Source of the DNA: an uncultured delta proteobacterium
GTDB taxonomy: Bacteria > Myxococcota_A > Polyangia > Fen-1088
DNA: 64,000 bases
Direction of reading: 5' to 3'
Assembly (NCBI GenBank): GCA_963737265.1
Contig: CAVTRY010000013.1
Coordinates: 96,001-160,000, forward strand
Shown: positions 9,607-21,695 of the stretch, piece after piece
How the letters are laid out: every line of letters starts with the position of its first letter
How positions within the stretch are numbered: position 1 is the stretch's first letter
The notes under the pieces: generated by a model
Databases searched by the model: none
The model's input: only the letters and a program-made list of their open reading frames with translations
Told to the model about the DNA's origin: nothing
Translations under genes and position numbers: made by a program

Positions 9607-10122
9607 ATGACGAAGGCCACGCGTTTGCCCGCTCCCTATCGCCATTTCAAAAACAGGGAAGCGATCCTGCTCACCTTGATGCTTGAAGGGCACAAGCGGC
9701 TGAGGACCAGTCTGCTCGACGCGCGAGCGCGATGTTCGGGAAAAGCGATCGACAAGCTGCTGGCGCAGGGGCGCGCATATCTGGAATTTGCGCGCAGGAA
9801 CCCAGAGCACCTCACCGTCATGTTCTCGAAGGAAGGGATGGCGGCTGCGATGAATTCGGGGGCGAAGGCGGAATCCCACCAGGACGAATACGATTCCTTC
9901 GGCGTGGTGGAGACCACAGTGGCCGAGTGCCAGGCCGAAGGGTCGATGGATCCCGACGCGGACACGGGTGCGTTGAGCTTGCACGCGTGGGCCGAGGTGC
10001 ACGGCCTGGCGCTGCTGCGCAACGAGGGCTTGATCGCAGGGATGTCCGACGTGCGCGGGGGAAAAGAGTCCAGCACGTTGGACGCAATTTTCGCCATCAT
10101 GCGGGCGCGCTTTCCGGCGTAA
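9607..10122 (+). pseudogene. TetR/AcrR regulator (WHG-type C-terminal domain) missing most of its N-terminal HTH
   Basis: Begins at APYRHFKNREAIL, the end of the TetR HTH; GRAYLEFARRNPE and WAEVHGLALL are intact. Confidence 0.75.
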
Positions 10123-10196
10123 GGCGCGCTCGTCCGGCTCCCGTTCGATCCATGACGCCGGATCCCTCCGGCCCGACCTCGTGTAGACTGCGCCTG

Positions 10197-11729
10197 ATGA
10201 GCAAGAGCGACGACATCCGTGCGCTTGCGGAAAAGATTCGCAAGGGCGGAGCGCAGAAGTATCACGACAGCAACGCTGCGGCGGGAAAGCTGTTCTGTCG
10301 CGAGCGCATCGCGCGCCTGTGCGACGACGGCGGTAAGGACTTCATCGAAGACGGGCTGTTCGCCAACGCCACGGCCGCCGACCTGTCCGCCGACGGCGTG
10401 GTGACCGGCATCGGCACCCTGGACGGCCGCCCGGTAGCCATCATGGCCAATGACCAGACCGTGAAGGCCGGCTCTTGGGGCGAGCGCACCGTCGAGAAGA
10501 TCCTGCGCATCCAGGAAACCGCCGGACGCCTGCGCATGCCGCTCGTGTACCTGGTGGACTCCGCCGGCGCGCGCATCACCGATCAGCTGGACATGTTCCC
10601 CGGCCGCCGCCACGCCGGTCGCATCTTCCGCAACCAAGTGCGCCTGTCCGGCTCCATTCCGCAGATCTGCCTGCTCTTCGGTCCGTCCGCCGCGGGCGGT
10701 GCCTACATCCCTGCCTTCTGCGACGTCGTGTTCATGGTCGAAGGCAACGCCTCGATGTACCTCGGCTCTCCGCGCATGGCCGAGATGGTGATCGGGGAAA
10801 AGACCACCCTCGACGAGATGGGCGGCGCGCGTATGCACTGCGAGGTCTCGGGTTGCGCCGACCTTCTGGCCAAGGACGAGGCGTCGTGCTTGCAAGCCGC
10901 GCGCGACTACTTCGCGTTCATGCCCCAGCACGCGGACGCGCGCGTGCCCGACATCGCCAGCCAGCAGCCGGCCAGCCGCCAGCGCATCGACGACATCATC
11001 CCCGACAACCAGAATCAGTCGTTCGACATGCTCGCGCTTATCGACACACTGGTCGACGGCGGCAGCTTCTTTGAGCTCAAGAAGCGCTACGCGCGCGAGC
11101 TCGTCACCGGCTTCGCGCGCCTGGGCGGCCGCGCCGTCGGCATCGTGGCCAATCAACCCAAGTGGAAGGGCGGCGTGCTGTTCGTGGATTCCGCCGACAA
11201 GGCCGCGCGCTTTGTGTGGCTGTGCGACGCCTTCGACATCCCCTTGCTGTTCCTGGCCGATGTGCCCGGCTTCATGATCGGCAGCGCCGTCGAGCGCGCC
11301 GGCATCATCCGCCACGGCGCCAAGATGGTGTCGGCCATCGCTGACGCCGTCGTGCCCAAGATCAGCGTGATTCTGCGCAAGGCCTACGGCGCCGGTCTCT
11401 ACGCCATGTGTGGACCGGCCTTCGACGCCGACGCGACCTTGGCCCTGCCCCAGGCCAGCATCGCCGTCATGGGCGCCGAAGCCGCGGTCAACGCCGTCTA
11501 CGCCAACAAGATCGCCGCCAAGCCCGAAGCCGAGCGCGCGGCCTACGTCGAAGAACTACGCCGTGCCTACCGCGAGGACGTCGACATCGTCAAGCTCGCC
11601 TCCGATCTGCACATCGACGCCCTGGTGTCGGGCGACGACCTACGCGCCAACCTGATTCGCCGCTTCGCCACCATGACGGCGAAGATCGATCACGGGTATC
11701 CGCGTCGGCGACCGGTGTTGCCGGTGTAA
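10197..11729 (+). CDS. Acyl-CoA carboxylase carboxyltransferase (beta) subunit, MCC/PCC-like
   Basis: ADGVVTGIG, ANDQTVKAGSWG, LVDSAGARI, SAAGGAY, GIVANQP, FLADVPGFMIG, RKAYGAG. Confidence 0.93.
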   Translation: MSKSDDIRALAEKIRKGGAQKYHDSNAAAGKLFCRERIARLCDDGGKDFIEDGLFANATAADLSADGVVTGIGTLDGRPVAIMANDQTVKAGSWGERTVEKILRIQETAGRLRMPLVYLVDSAGARITDQLDMFPGRRHAGRIFRNQVRLSGSIPQICLLFGPSAAGGAYIPAFCDVVFMVEGNASMYLGSPRMAEMVIGEKTTLDEMGGARMHCEVSGCADLLAKDEASCLQAARDYFAFMPQHADARVPDIASQQPASRQRIDDIIPDNQNQSFDMLALIDTLVDGGSFFELKKRYARELVTGFARLGGRAVGIVANQPKWKGGVLFVDSADKAARFVWLCDAFDIPLLFLADVPGFMIGSAVERAGIIRHGAKMVSAIADAVVPKISVILRKAYGAGLYAMCGPAFDADATLALPQASIAVMGAEAAVNAVYANKIAAKPEAERAAYVEELRRAYREDVDIVKLASDLHIDALVSGDDLRANLIRRFATMTAKIDHGYPRRRPVLPV

Positions 11730-11735
11730 ACCAGG

Positions 11736-12185
11736 CTACAGTGCCGGCTTGAATCTGGCGCCGAGCCAGTAGATGGCTTCGTCCAAATCCTCGGTCACCC
11801 GCGTGGGCAGGCCGCGGTTGATGAGCGAAGGCTCGAGGAATTTCTCGGGCAGGATGTCCTGTGCGCGCGTGACCAAAGCGAGCTTGTCGATGACGCCGAC
11901 GAAACTCGTCGTCGCCATCTTAGCCAGGCCGTGCATGTCGGAGATGGTGAGCGCGACGGAGCCCTGGCGGAGGTCGACGAGGACCTTCCTCATGGGCAGG
12001 TGCCGGGTGACTTCGTCGCGCACGCGCTCGAACACATTCACCACCGAGTCGCCCGTGACCGGACCCGCGATACGAACCTCCAGGTAAGGAAACGGCGCCT
12101 CGACCAGATGGGAGGACACTGCGGACATCGGTTGTCGTTTGCGCGGGCGTTTGCGCGCGGAGGTCGGTGGGTTCTTTTTCTTCAT
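11736..12185 (-). CDS. Hypothetical protein, STAS/SpoIIAA-like fold
   Basis: ATGA overlap with the aroC stop; KVLVDLR, KLALV and [10 protein letters not shown] pattern. Confidence 0.6.
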   Translation of the reverse strand: MKKKNPPTSARKRPRKRQPMSAVSSHLVEAPFPYLEVRIAGPVTGDSVVNVFERVRDEVTRHLPMRKVLVDLRQGSVALTISDMHGLAKMATTSFVGVIDKLALVTRAQDILPEKFLEPSLINRGLPTRVTEDLDEAIYWLGARFKPAL

Positions 12186-13276
12186 CGCGCTGGCGGGTGG
12201 CCGCACTGGCCGCGTTGGCGAAGCAGGTGGTCGGCGAGGACGAGCGCGATCATGGCCTCGACCATGGGGACCGCGCGCGGCAGGACGCAGGGATCGTGAC
12301 GGCCACGCGCCTGCAGGGTCGTGCTCTTGCCGTCGATGTCGACGGTTTCTTGCGGCATCAGGATGGTGGCGGTGGGTTTGAAGGCGGCGCGCACGACGAT
12401 GTCCTCGCCATTGGAAATGCCGCCCTGGATGCCGCCCGATCGGTTGGTGCGGGTGTGAATCGCGCCGTTCGCGGCGTAGAAGGCGTCGTTGTGCTGCGAG
12501 CCGCGCAGGCGCGCGCCGGCGAAGCCGCTGCCGCTCTCGAAGCCCTTGCAGGCGGGCAAGGACAGCAGGGCCTTGCCCAGATCCGCTTCCAGGCGATCGA
12601 AGACTGGCTCGCCCAGGCCAGCGGGCACCTTGCGCGCCACGGCTTCGACGACGCCGCCCACCGAGTCGCCCGCCTTTCGGGTCGCGTCGATGAGGTCGAT
12701 CATGGCGGTCGCGAGGTTGGCGTCGGGGCAGCGCACGATGGTGGCCTCGACCTGGTCGCGGGTCACGCTGGCCGGGTCGACCTGGGCTTCGAGAGAGGAA
12801 ACCTGTTTGACGTAGGCGACGATCTCGATGCCCGCCGCCTCGGCCAGCAACTTGCGTGCGATGGCGCCGGCCGCGACCCGTCCGATGGTCTCGCGCGCAC
12901 TGGCCCGTCCGCCGCCCGCCACGGCGCGGATGCCGAACTTCGCCTGGTAGGTGTAGTCGGCGTGCGAGGGCCGATATTTCGTGCGCATCTCCTCGTAGTC
13001 GTTGCCGCGCGCATCCTTGTTGCGCACCAGGAGAGCGATGGGCGTGCCGAGGGTGAGGCCGTCTTGAATGCCGGAAAGGATCTCGACTTGGTCGGATTCG
13101 TCGCGATGGCTGGTGATGCGGCTTTGGCCGGGTCGGCGCCGATCGAGCTCGGCCTGGATTTCGTCGCGGCTGATGGCCAAGCGCGGGGGACAACCGTCGA
13201 CCACGACGCCCACGCCGGGGCCGTGCGATTCGCCCCAGGTTGCGATGCGGAACAGTTCGCCAAAGGTGCTTGCCAC
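12182..13276 (-). CDS. aroC: Chorismate synthase
   Basis: [62 protein letters not shown]; GTG start. Confidence 0.97.
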   Translation of the reverse strand: MASTFGELFRIATWGESHGPGVGVVVDGCPPRLAISRDEIQAELDRRRPGQSRITSHRDESDQVEILSGIQDGLTLGTPIALLVRNKDARGNDYEEMRTKYRPSHADYTYQAKFGIRAVAGGGRASARETIGRVAAGAIARKLLAEAAGIEIVAYVKQVSSLEAQVDPASVTRDQVEATIVRCPDANLATAMIDLIDATRKAGDSVGGVVEAVARKVPAGLGEPVFDRLEADLGKALLSLPACKGFESGSGFAGARLRGSQHNDAFYAANGAIHTRTNRSGGIQGGISNGEDIVVRAAFKPTATILMPQETVDIDGKSTTLQARGRHDPCVLPRAVPMVEAMIALVLADHLLRQRGQCGHPPAR

Positions 13277-13385
13277 GATTGAGTTACAAGGTACCACAGG
13301 CGTCAATGAATCGCCTCGCCGGCCAAACGCCGATTTTTGGCGGTTTTTTGTGGAATCCGCGCGGGTTTTTCTTCAACGTACGCGC

Positions 13386-15308
<1,923 letters not shown>

Positions 15309-15416
15309 CCGCGAGCTATTGCGAAGGCGCGCCGGCCGGTGGGGCCTGGCAAGCCCGGTCCGGGGAAAAAGTACGGTCGGGGTGCAAGCTGTTGATCGTG
15401 TATGTCTTTGCGCCGC

Positions 15417-17117
15417 CTACGTTTGGGCTGTCGGCCGAAGCTGGGTCGCTGTCGTCCACGCCGCCGAAAGAAGGATCACGGCAGCGCAAGCGATGACGTT
15501 GTACCAAAGGAAGCTGACGCTCGTGCGCAGGAAGATGGCAAGGACGACGGCCTCCGAAAGGATGGCTGCCACGAACACCGCGGTTCCCCGCACCCGGCGC
15601 AGGAAAAACGCCACCAGAAAAATTCCCAGTACGGTGCCGTAGAAGAGCGAGCCGAGGATGTTCACGGCCTGGATCAGGTTATCGAGCAGCGAGGCGAAGG
15701 TGGCGAAGGATACGGCCAGCACCCCCCAGACGGCGGTGAAGACCTTCGCGGCGCGGACGTAGTGGGCGTCGGGCGCATCCTTGCGCAAGCTACGCTTGTA
15801 AATGTCGACCACGGTGGTCGATGCGAGCGCGGTCAGCTCGCCGGCCACGGCCGACATAGCGGCGCAGAAGATGACCGCCAGCAGCAGCCCCACCACTCCG
15901 CGCGGTAGGTTGCGCATCACGAAGGACAAGAATACGTAGTCGGCATCCTTGGTCTTGGCGCCGGGCAGCGCGCGGGCGATGACTTGCTTGGCTGTCCGGC
16001 GAATGTCGGCCGAAGTAGCCTCGGCCGCTCGCACGTTCTGTTCGGCGCTGGCGATGGCGGCACTGTCATGCTGGTCGAGGGCTTGGTCGAGGCGCCAGAT
16101 TTCGGCGCGTTTGTGCTCGAAAGCGGCAACGTGGGCCTGTTCGAGCACGTGCAGCTGGCCAGCACTCGGCGTGTTGTGCGCGCGCGAAAGCTCGGACTGG
16201 TTGAAGAAGACCGGCGGCGGATTGAATTGATAGAACATGAAGACCATCACGCCCACAAACAGAATGAGGAACTGCATCGGAATCTTGAGCAGACCGTTGA
16301 ACAGCAACCCGAGGCGACTGGCCGTGATCGAGCGGGCGGCGAGGTAGCGCTGGACCTGGGACTGGTCGGTGCCGAAATAGGCCATAGCCAGGAAGAATCC
16401 GCCGAGCAAGCCAGACCACAAGGTGTAGCGCGCGCTGGGATTGACGGAGAAATCCACCAAGCTCATCTTTCCCAGCGTCCCTGCAATGTGGACGACGTTG
16501 CGAAACGAAATGTCGGGCGGCAAACGCATGACGATGACCACGAATGCGACCACCATCCCGCCCAGCATCACGACCATCTGGTGTTTTTGCGTCTGACTGA
16601 CGGCGCGCGTGCCGCCCGCCACGGTGTACAGAATGACCACCCCGCCCATGGCAAGGCAGGTCAGGTTCAGCGACCAGCCCAGCACCGACGACAGAATAAT
16701 GGCCGGTGCATAGATCGTAATACCCGCGGAAAGACCGCGCTGGAGCAAGAACAGCAACGCCGTCAATTGGCGTGTTTTCAAGTCGAAGCGGCCTTCGAGA
16801 AATTCGTAGGCGGTGTAGACGCGCAACTGGAAATAGCGAGGCACGAATAGAATCGACAGCGCTACCATGGCGAGCGGCAGGCCGAAGTAAATCTGAATGA
16901 AGCGCATCCCGTCGTCGTAGGCCTGGCCGGGCGTGGACAGAAAGGTGACCGCACTGGCCTGGGTGGCCATGACCGACAAGCCGATGGTGTGCCACTTGTC
17001 CTGGTAGCCGCCGCGCAAGTACCCGGCCATGTCCTGCCGGCCGCGTGTTTTCCACAGGCCGTAGCCGACGATAGCGCCGAGCGTCACGAACAGAACCAGC
17101 CAGTCGAGCACGCTCAT
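15417..17117 (-). CDS. Sodium:solute symporter (SSS family)
   Basis: SVMATQASAVTFLSTPGQAY, YTAYEFLEGRF, YFGTDQSQVQRYL, about 13 TM segments; ATGA coupling to the upstream small ORF. Confidence 0.93.
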   Translation of the reverse strand: MSVLDWLVLFVTLGAIVGYGLWKTRGRQDMAGYLRGGYQDKWHTIGLSVMATQASAVTFLSTPGQAYDDGMRFIQIYFGLPLAMVALSILFVPRYFQLRVYTAYEFLEGRFDLKTRQLTALLFLLQRGLSAGITIYAPAIILSSVLGWSLNLTCLAMGGVVILYTVAGGTRAVSQTQKHQMVVMLGGMVVAFVVIVMRLPPDISFRNVVHIAGTLGKMSLVDFSVNPSARYTLWSGLLGGFFLAMAYFGTDQSQVQRYLAARSITASRLGLLFNGLLKIPMQFLILFVGVMVFMFYQFNPPPVFFNQSELSRAHNTPSAGQLHVLEQAHVAAFEHKRAEIWRLDQALDQHDSAAIASAEQNVRAAEATSADIRRTAKQVIARALPGAKTKDADYVFLSFVMRNLPRGVVGLLLAVIFCAAMSAVAGELTALASTTVVDIYKRSLRKDAPDAHYVRAAKVFTAVWGVLAVSFATFASLLDNLIQAVNILGSLFYGTVLGIFLVAFFLRRVRGTAVFVAAILSEAVVLAIFLRTSVSFLWYNVIACAAVILLSAAWTTATQLRPTAQT

Positions 17118-17251
17118 CGGGAAATCAACGTAACAGCTGTGAAGACGGCGATTTCTGCCGCCAGCGCGGCGACGACGACAATGTAGAGGATCCTCCAACT
17201 CCAGAACGGCGCTGTCGCGTGCAGCTCGCGCCGCTCGGGTTCATCGGGCAT
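17114..17251 (-). CDS. 45-aa single-TM protein coupled to the SSS gene (not in the ORF track)
   Basis: MPDEPERRELHATAPFWSWRILYIVVVAALAAEIAVFTAVTLISR*; TGA overlaps the SSS ATG; TAGAAT lies 8 nt upstream of the start. Confidence 0.8.
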   Translation of the reverse strand: MPDEPERRELHATAPFWSWRILYIVVVAALAAEIAVFTAVTLISR

Positions 17252-17353
17252 GAATTCCCATTCTACCGGCGACGAAATCGGCGATGTCTGGAGATGAGAC
17301 GCGAGACATGCGAGAAGTTGAGCACACGGGAGTCGTCCGGTCGAGAGGGGCCG

Positions 17354-18016
17354 CTATTCGTCCGAGCGACATCGTGGCGGCAAAAGTCCGTTGCGCAGAG
17401 CAAAGCGCACGAGATCGGCGCTGTTGTGAACGCTCAGCTTCTCGTTGATGTGTGCCCGATGAGTTTCCACTGTCTTCGCGCTGATGCACAACTCCTGCGC
17501 CACGGCCTTGGTGGTGAAACCGCGTACCACCAAATCGAAGACCTCGGTCTCGCGACGTGACAGGTACGCCAGCGGATCCTTGTCGGCGGGACGATGTTCG
17601 TTGATGGCTCGAAGGGCTGCCCCAGTTCGGCGCAGGGAGGGCGCGGCGTAGCGGCGGCCCACCCGCAGGCTCGCGATTGCGGCGAGCAGGCCATCGACCG
17701 ACTCATCCTTGGTCATGCAGCCATGAATCCCGGCAAGCCACGCCGCTTGCAATTGGCGCCTGTCCTTGCAACTGGTGACCACCAGCAGCTTGCATTCGGG
17801 TTGCAGCCTGCGGATTTCGCGCGCTGCCGTCACGCCATTCACGCCGGGCAGCAGCAGCTCGAGCATCACCACGTCTGGACGCAGGCGCCTTACGGCGGCG
17901 TACGCTTCACGGGCATTGGCCGCCTGGCCCACGATCTCCAGGTCAGCGTGGCCACGCAACAACGCACAAGTGCCCTCTCTAAACAGTTGCTGATCGTCGA
18001 CCAACAACAAACGCAT
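17354..18016 (-). CDS. NarL/LuxR-family response regulator (phospho-acceptor Asp appears replaced by Glu)
   Basis: MRLLLVDDQQLFREG, PDVVMLELLLPG, LSRRETEV, ISAKTVETHR. Confidence 0.92.
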   Translation of the reverse strand: MRLLLVDDQQLFREGTCALLRGHADLEIVGQAANAREAYAAVRRLRPDVVMLELLLPGVNGVTAAREIRRLQPECKLLVVTSCKDRRQLQAAWLAGIHGCMTKDESVDGLLAAIASLRVGRRYAAPSLRRTGAALRAINEHRPADKDPLAYLSRRETEVFDLVVRGFTTKAVAQELCISAKTVETHRAHINEKLSVHNSADLVRFALRNGLLPPRCRSDE

Positions 18017-18078
18017 ACCCGCTCCTCTTCAACCGAATTGATCGCAGACTGATGCTGCGACCGGCAATTGTCAACCGG

Positions 18079-18591
18079 TCAGTTTCCAAGCGACCGAGCC
18101 AGGATGGTGAAGAGCTGTCCTATTCCAAACGGCTTGCACAGCACTGCACTTGCGCCCAGTTTGATCGCCCCCAATACCAGCAGATGCGAAGCGGAGCTCG
18201 TGGTGACGATGATCTTGGGCGCGGGGGACAGACCTTGAATCTCCCGCAGGAGGTCGAGGCCGGTGAGGTCGCGCAGCTCCATGTCCGAGACTACGACATC
18301 CACCAGGCCCGATCGGATGAGGCCAAGTCCTTCCCGACCTGTCGTCGCCAAGGCTACCACGAAGCTCGCCCTCCGGAATTCCTCCAACAGCCAATCTCCC
18401 ATCTCCTCGTCGTCCTCGATCACGAGTATGCGCTGCCTGCCGACAGCCCGCGGCGACGTGACACGACCGTCGGGCGCCGCCGATCCGCTTTCCCCACCGG
18501 GCGCCGAACGTCCGCCCTTGGGTAGCTGCACGCCGGGGATGAGTTGCTGTGTTTCTGTCCCACCTTGCTCGTTTTGTTTTCCACCAATCAT
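18079..18591 (-). CDS. Single-domain response regulator receiver protein
   Basis: ILVIEDDEE, DVVVSDMEL, LCKPF; GAGG RBS before MIGGKQ. Confidence 0.8.
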   Translation of the reverse strand: MIGGKQNEQGGTETQQLIPGVQLPKGGRSAPGGESGSAAPDGRVTSPRAVGRQRILVIEDDEEMGDWLLEEFRRASFVVALATTGREGLGLIRSGLVDVVVSDMELRDLTGLDLLREIQGLSPAPKIIVTTSSASHLLVLGAIKLGASAVLCKPFGIGQLFTILARSLGN

Positions 18592-18852
18592 GGCTTTCCT
18601 CTCGGTCCCTGCGATCGGGCAGGCGGGAGGTTGGGTGATGCTGACCTCCCGCCCGTCCGATCTCTTCCGCCCGCCTGCACTCCGTAATCGGGCCGACTCT
18701 CTCGGTTGCTCCCCTGTTGTCATTGGCGCCCGGGGCTGGCTGTTTCTCCTCCCGCCAGCTCAGCGCGACTCTATTAGCTAGCAGCGCGGCGCAGTTGCGT
18801 ATCAGGACGAGTCTGTATTTTTCTCCCTGCCGCAGCTTTTGCTTCCGCTCGC

Positions 18853-21471
18853 TCAGCGTGCCCCCGCCAGCAAATTCGCAAACAAGCGAAACGCGCCTGG
18901 GACGCCCGCCGGGAGTTGTCGGAAGAAGGCGAGGCCGGTGTAGACGAAGGTGCCTTTCCCGTAACGAGTCCAAAGGATGCCGCCGGGTAGGGTGCTCTCG
19001 CCGGGGTCGCTCATGCTGACGACGGTCTGGTAGCGGGCGTCCCAATTGGTGGCGAAATAGAGACCGCGCTCTTGGATCCAGCCATCGAAATCGTGCTCGG
19101 TGATCTTGTTGGGCACGGTCAGGATGCGATGGTCCGGCGTGGTCAAAAGGACGGTGGCGGTCTCGTCGGTCACGCGCTCGCGGCCGATTTCGAAAGGAAA
19201 GGGGCCGATGGGCGCGGTGAGTGGGGCGATTCGATTGTTGGTGTTGTACTGCACGAGCAGCGTGCCGCCTGCCTGAACGTAGGCCATCAGGGCGGGGTGA
19301 GCGGCGCGTAACCTTTCGTTGGTATTGAAGGCGCGAACCCCGACCACGATGGCATCGAAGCGAGCGAGAAGGGCACTATTGGATCCAGCGTTGGCCAAAA
19401 CGTCGTCGCCGATTGGCGTCACCTCGTAGCCGACCTGGCGAAGGCTGGCTGGCACGTCGTCGCCGGGGCCGGGAATATAGCCAATCTTGTTGCCTTGGCG
19501 TTCGATGGCGAAGGAAACCAGCCGCACGTCAGAACGGGCGAGCACGGTTTGGATGGGAATGTGCCCGTGTTCGATGTGGTGGACTCCTTGCGAGAAGCGC
19601 GCGCCGCCGACTTCGGCCACCAGACGCAAGGTGCAGGTGCCACGATGTTCGGCGGCGGGTACGGGCCGGATGCGGAAGGCGAGCTCGGTTTCGTCACCCT
19701 TGGCCGCGAGAGTGAATGGGGCCGACGCTGGTGTGGCCAACCAACCGGCGGGGACTTCGGGTCGTACGACTCCCGAGACCGCAGGTGCAAAGGCGGTGAG
19801 GCGCACGGTCAAGGTGCGGGCCTCGCCGTTCGCGTGCACCAGCACCGACGTCGACGGCGTCAGCGAAACCAGCGGCGCGATCTCGACGGGACGATAGCGT
19901 TCGCCCGCCACAGGGTCAGTCCATTTGAAGGTGATGGGCCGAATGACGGTGAAGGTGCGACCGCCAGTTTCGAACACGAAGTCCACGTGCAAGGGCGACT
20001 CGGCCTCGGGCAGACCAATGAGGGTGGGATCCTGAACGTGAAAAAGGCCAGGACCGGGCGGCGAAGCCAGCCAATAGGGCGTGGTCAAAGGGAGGTCCAC
20101 CGGAAGATGTAAAGAGCGCTTGAGCTCCACACTGCCGAGCGGCTTTTGTAGGGGTACCACAACCCCACCGGACGGGTCCGCAATCTCCGCGCCGACCACG
20201 CGCAGCTCGCGCAAGGTGAGCTTGGCTGGCGAGCGATTTAGGGCCGAGGCGGTGACCTCAATGTTGGTTCCCGGCACGGCACGGAAGTCGGCAGCAGTCG
20301 CCTCGCAGAAGACACCGGCGCAAGCCAGCACCAGATCGCGGACCTCGGCCTTTTTCGTCGTGCGCCAGTTTACGTCCGGTACGTCGTCAAGAGCTTTGTC
20401 CAATTGCAAGAGCGTGGGGATGACTTTGTAGGGGGCCGCCGGCGCGAATTCACGTTGGGCGCGCTCGACCAGGCGTTTGACGGCGGCCGCACCTTTGATG
20501 CGAGCCCAGGAACAGTCGAGGCCGGACAGGACCGACTCGGCCTGCGGCGGCGGCGGATCGGCTTCGTCGAGGAGCTTGAAGTATTCGAGGATGGGGCCGC
20601 GGCTGCGCGCGACGCCGAAACCCTGACTCTTGTGCATGCTGCGACTGTCGGCCGCCATCTCGCCGTAGGAAAGGCCGAGGATCGGGTTGTAGCCGTTCAC
20701 GTCGAGGGTCAGAAAGTCGCTCATGTCCTCGTCGGGCTGGATGCTCCACGAGGAGCGGTTCCAGAAGAGGCGCTGCGTTTGCCACGGGCGTACGTCGGCG
20801 CCAAGCTGCTCGGCGTGGAAGGTCGGATCCGCGGCGGCGTGGAAGGCTTCGGCCGCCAGGCGCGCCGAGGCGGTGTGGTGTCCGTGGGTATCGGTCAGCT
20901 CGGGCGAGAAGCGGGTGATGATCACGTCGGGCCGAAAACGCCGGATCACCCAGACCACATCCGCCAGCACCGCGTCCTTATCCCAAATGCGCAGGGTTTC
21001 GTCCGGGCTCTTCGAATAGCCGAAGTCGAGCGCGCGGGTGAAGAACTGCTCGGCGCCGTCGATCCGTCGCGCTGCCAAGAGCTCCTGCGTGCGGATGACG
21101 CCGAGGTCGGTGCCTTGTTCGGCGCCGATAAGGTTCTGTCCACCATCGCCGCGCGTGATCGACAGATAGCCCGTGCGCAGAAGTTTTTCGTTGGCCAGAT
21201 AGGCGAGCAGGTTGGTGTTCTCGTCGTCGGGATGGGCGGCGATGTAGAGCACGCTGCCCACGACGCCGAGCTTGCGCAGGGCAAGCTGGATTTGGGAGCT
21301 GGTCGGCTGCGGTGGCGGACCGGCAGCATTCGCGTCGTTCAGCATGAGCAGGGATAGAAGCGGTGTCGTGATGATGATGATGATGATGATGATGGGCAGA
21401 AACGAGCCGAGGCTGGCCCGGCGCGAGTGACCTTCGCCGCGTATTCTCACGGCCAACAGTGGGTCGCGCAT
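18853..21471 (-). CDS. Large exported PIG-L/LmbE (BshB/Mca-like) deacetylase-amidase with NEW3-like and C-terminal GATase-like domains (start uncertain, 21450-21507)
   Basis: AAHPDDEN, TRGDGGQN, RTQELLAAR, DFGYSK, HGHH, SRSMHKSQGFG; C-terminal IGYIPGPGD..GWIQERGLYF..FFRQLPAGVPGA; hydrophobic signal-like segment ending ANA. Confidence 0.9.
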   Translation of the reverse strand: MRDPLLAVRIRGEGHSRRASLGSFLPIIIIIIIITTPLLSLLMLNDANAAGPPPQPTSSQIQLALRKLGVVGSVLYIAAHPDDENTNLLAYLANEKLLRTGYLSITRGDGGQNLIGAEQGTDLGVIRTQELLAARRIDGAEQFFTRALDFGYSKSPDETLRIWDKDAVLADVVWVIRRFRPDVIITRFSPELTDTHGHHTASARLAAEAFHAAADPTFHAEQLGADVRPWQTQRLFWNRSSWSIQPDEDMSDFLTLDVNGYNPILGLSYGEMAADSRSMHKSQGFGVARSRGPILEYFKLLDEADPPPPQAESVLSGLDCSWARIKGAAAVKRLVERAQREFAPAAPYKVIPTLLQLDKALDDVPDVNWRTTKKAEVRDLVLACAGVFCEATAADFRAVPGTNIEVTASALNRSPAKLTLRELRVVGAEIADPSGGVVVPLQKPLGSVELKRSLHLPVDLPLTTPYWLASPPGPGLFHVQDPTLIGLPEAESPLHVDFVFETGGRTFTVIRPITFKWTDPVAGERYRPVEIAPLVSLTPSTSVLVHANGEARTLTVRLTAFAPAVSGVVRPEVPAGWLATPASAPFTLAAKGDETELAFRIRPVPAAEHRGTCTLRLVAEVGGARFSQGVHHIEHGHIPIQTVLARSDVRLVSFAIERQGNKIGYIPGPGDDVPASLRQVGYEVTPIGDDVLANAGSNSALLARFDAIVVGVRAFNTNERLRAAHPALMAYVQAGGTLLVQYNTNNRIAPLTAPIGPFPFEIGRERVTDETATVLLTTPDHRILTVPNKITEHDFDGWIQERGLYFATNWDARYQTVVSMSDPGESTLPGGILWTRYGKGTFVYTGLAFFRQLPAGVPGAFRLFANLLAGAR
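21369..21394. repeat. (ATC)8 trinucleotide microsatellite encoding poly-Ile in the PIG-L signal region
   Basis: gtgatgatgatgatgatgatgatgatgg seen directly. Confidence 0.9.
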
Positions 21472-21580
21472 TCTCCAATTCCTACCTCGCCGGTGCGGCC
21501 GCTGCACATGCGTTCTTTGCGCCAGGGTTCCGCGACGGCGAAGTCAGGGCTGCTGCCGGCCCGCCGCGCTGGCGGCCGGT
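21402..21580 (+). repeat. About 180-bp diverged direct repeat, copy 1 (bshC promoter and 5' end; overlaps the PIG-L start)
   Basis: Aligns with 25139..25316 (offset 3737), sharing cacggccaacagtgggtcgcgcattctccaattcctacctcgccggtg; this copy has a 1-bp insertion. Confidence 0.92.
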
Positions 21581-21695
21581 CTTCCGAAAAAACATCATGC
21601 CAGGTTTCGGGCAGGGGTTGTATTTGATTGCGGCTTGATCACTAATAGCTGGCCACCGGATTGCAAAGCGCCACCTTCTTCAAGGGATGTCCACG

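Noticed and set aside
20978-21478. ORF with a His9 tract suggesting a tag or metal-binding peptide
   Set aside because: Alternative frame of the (ATC)8 repeat inside the PIG-L gene.
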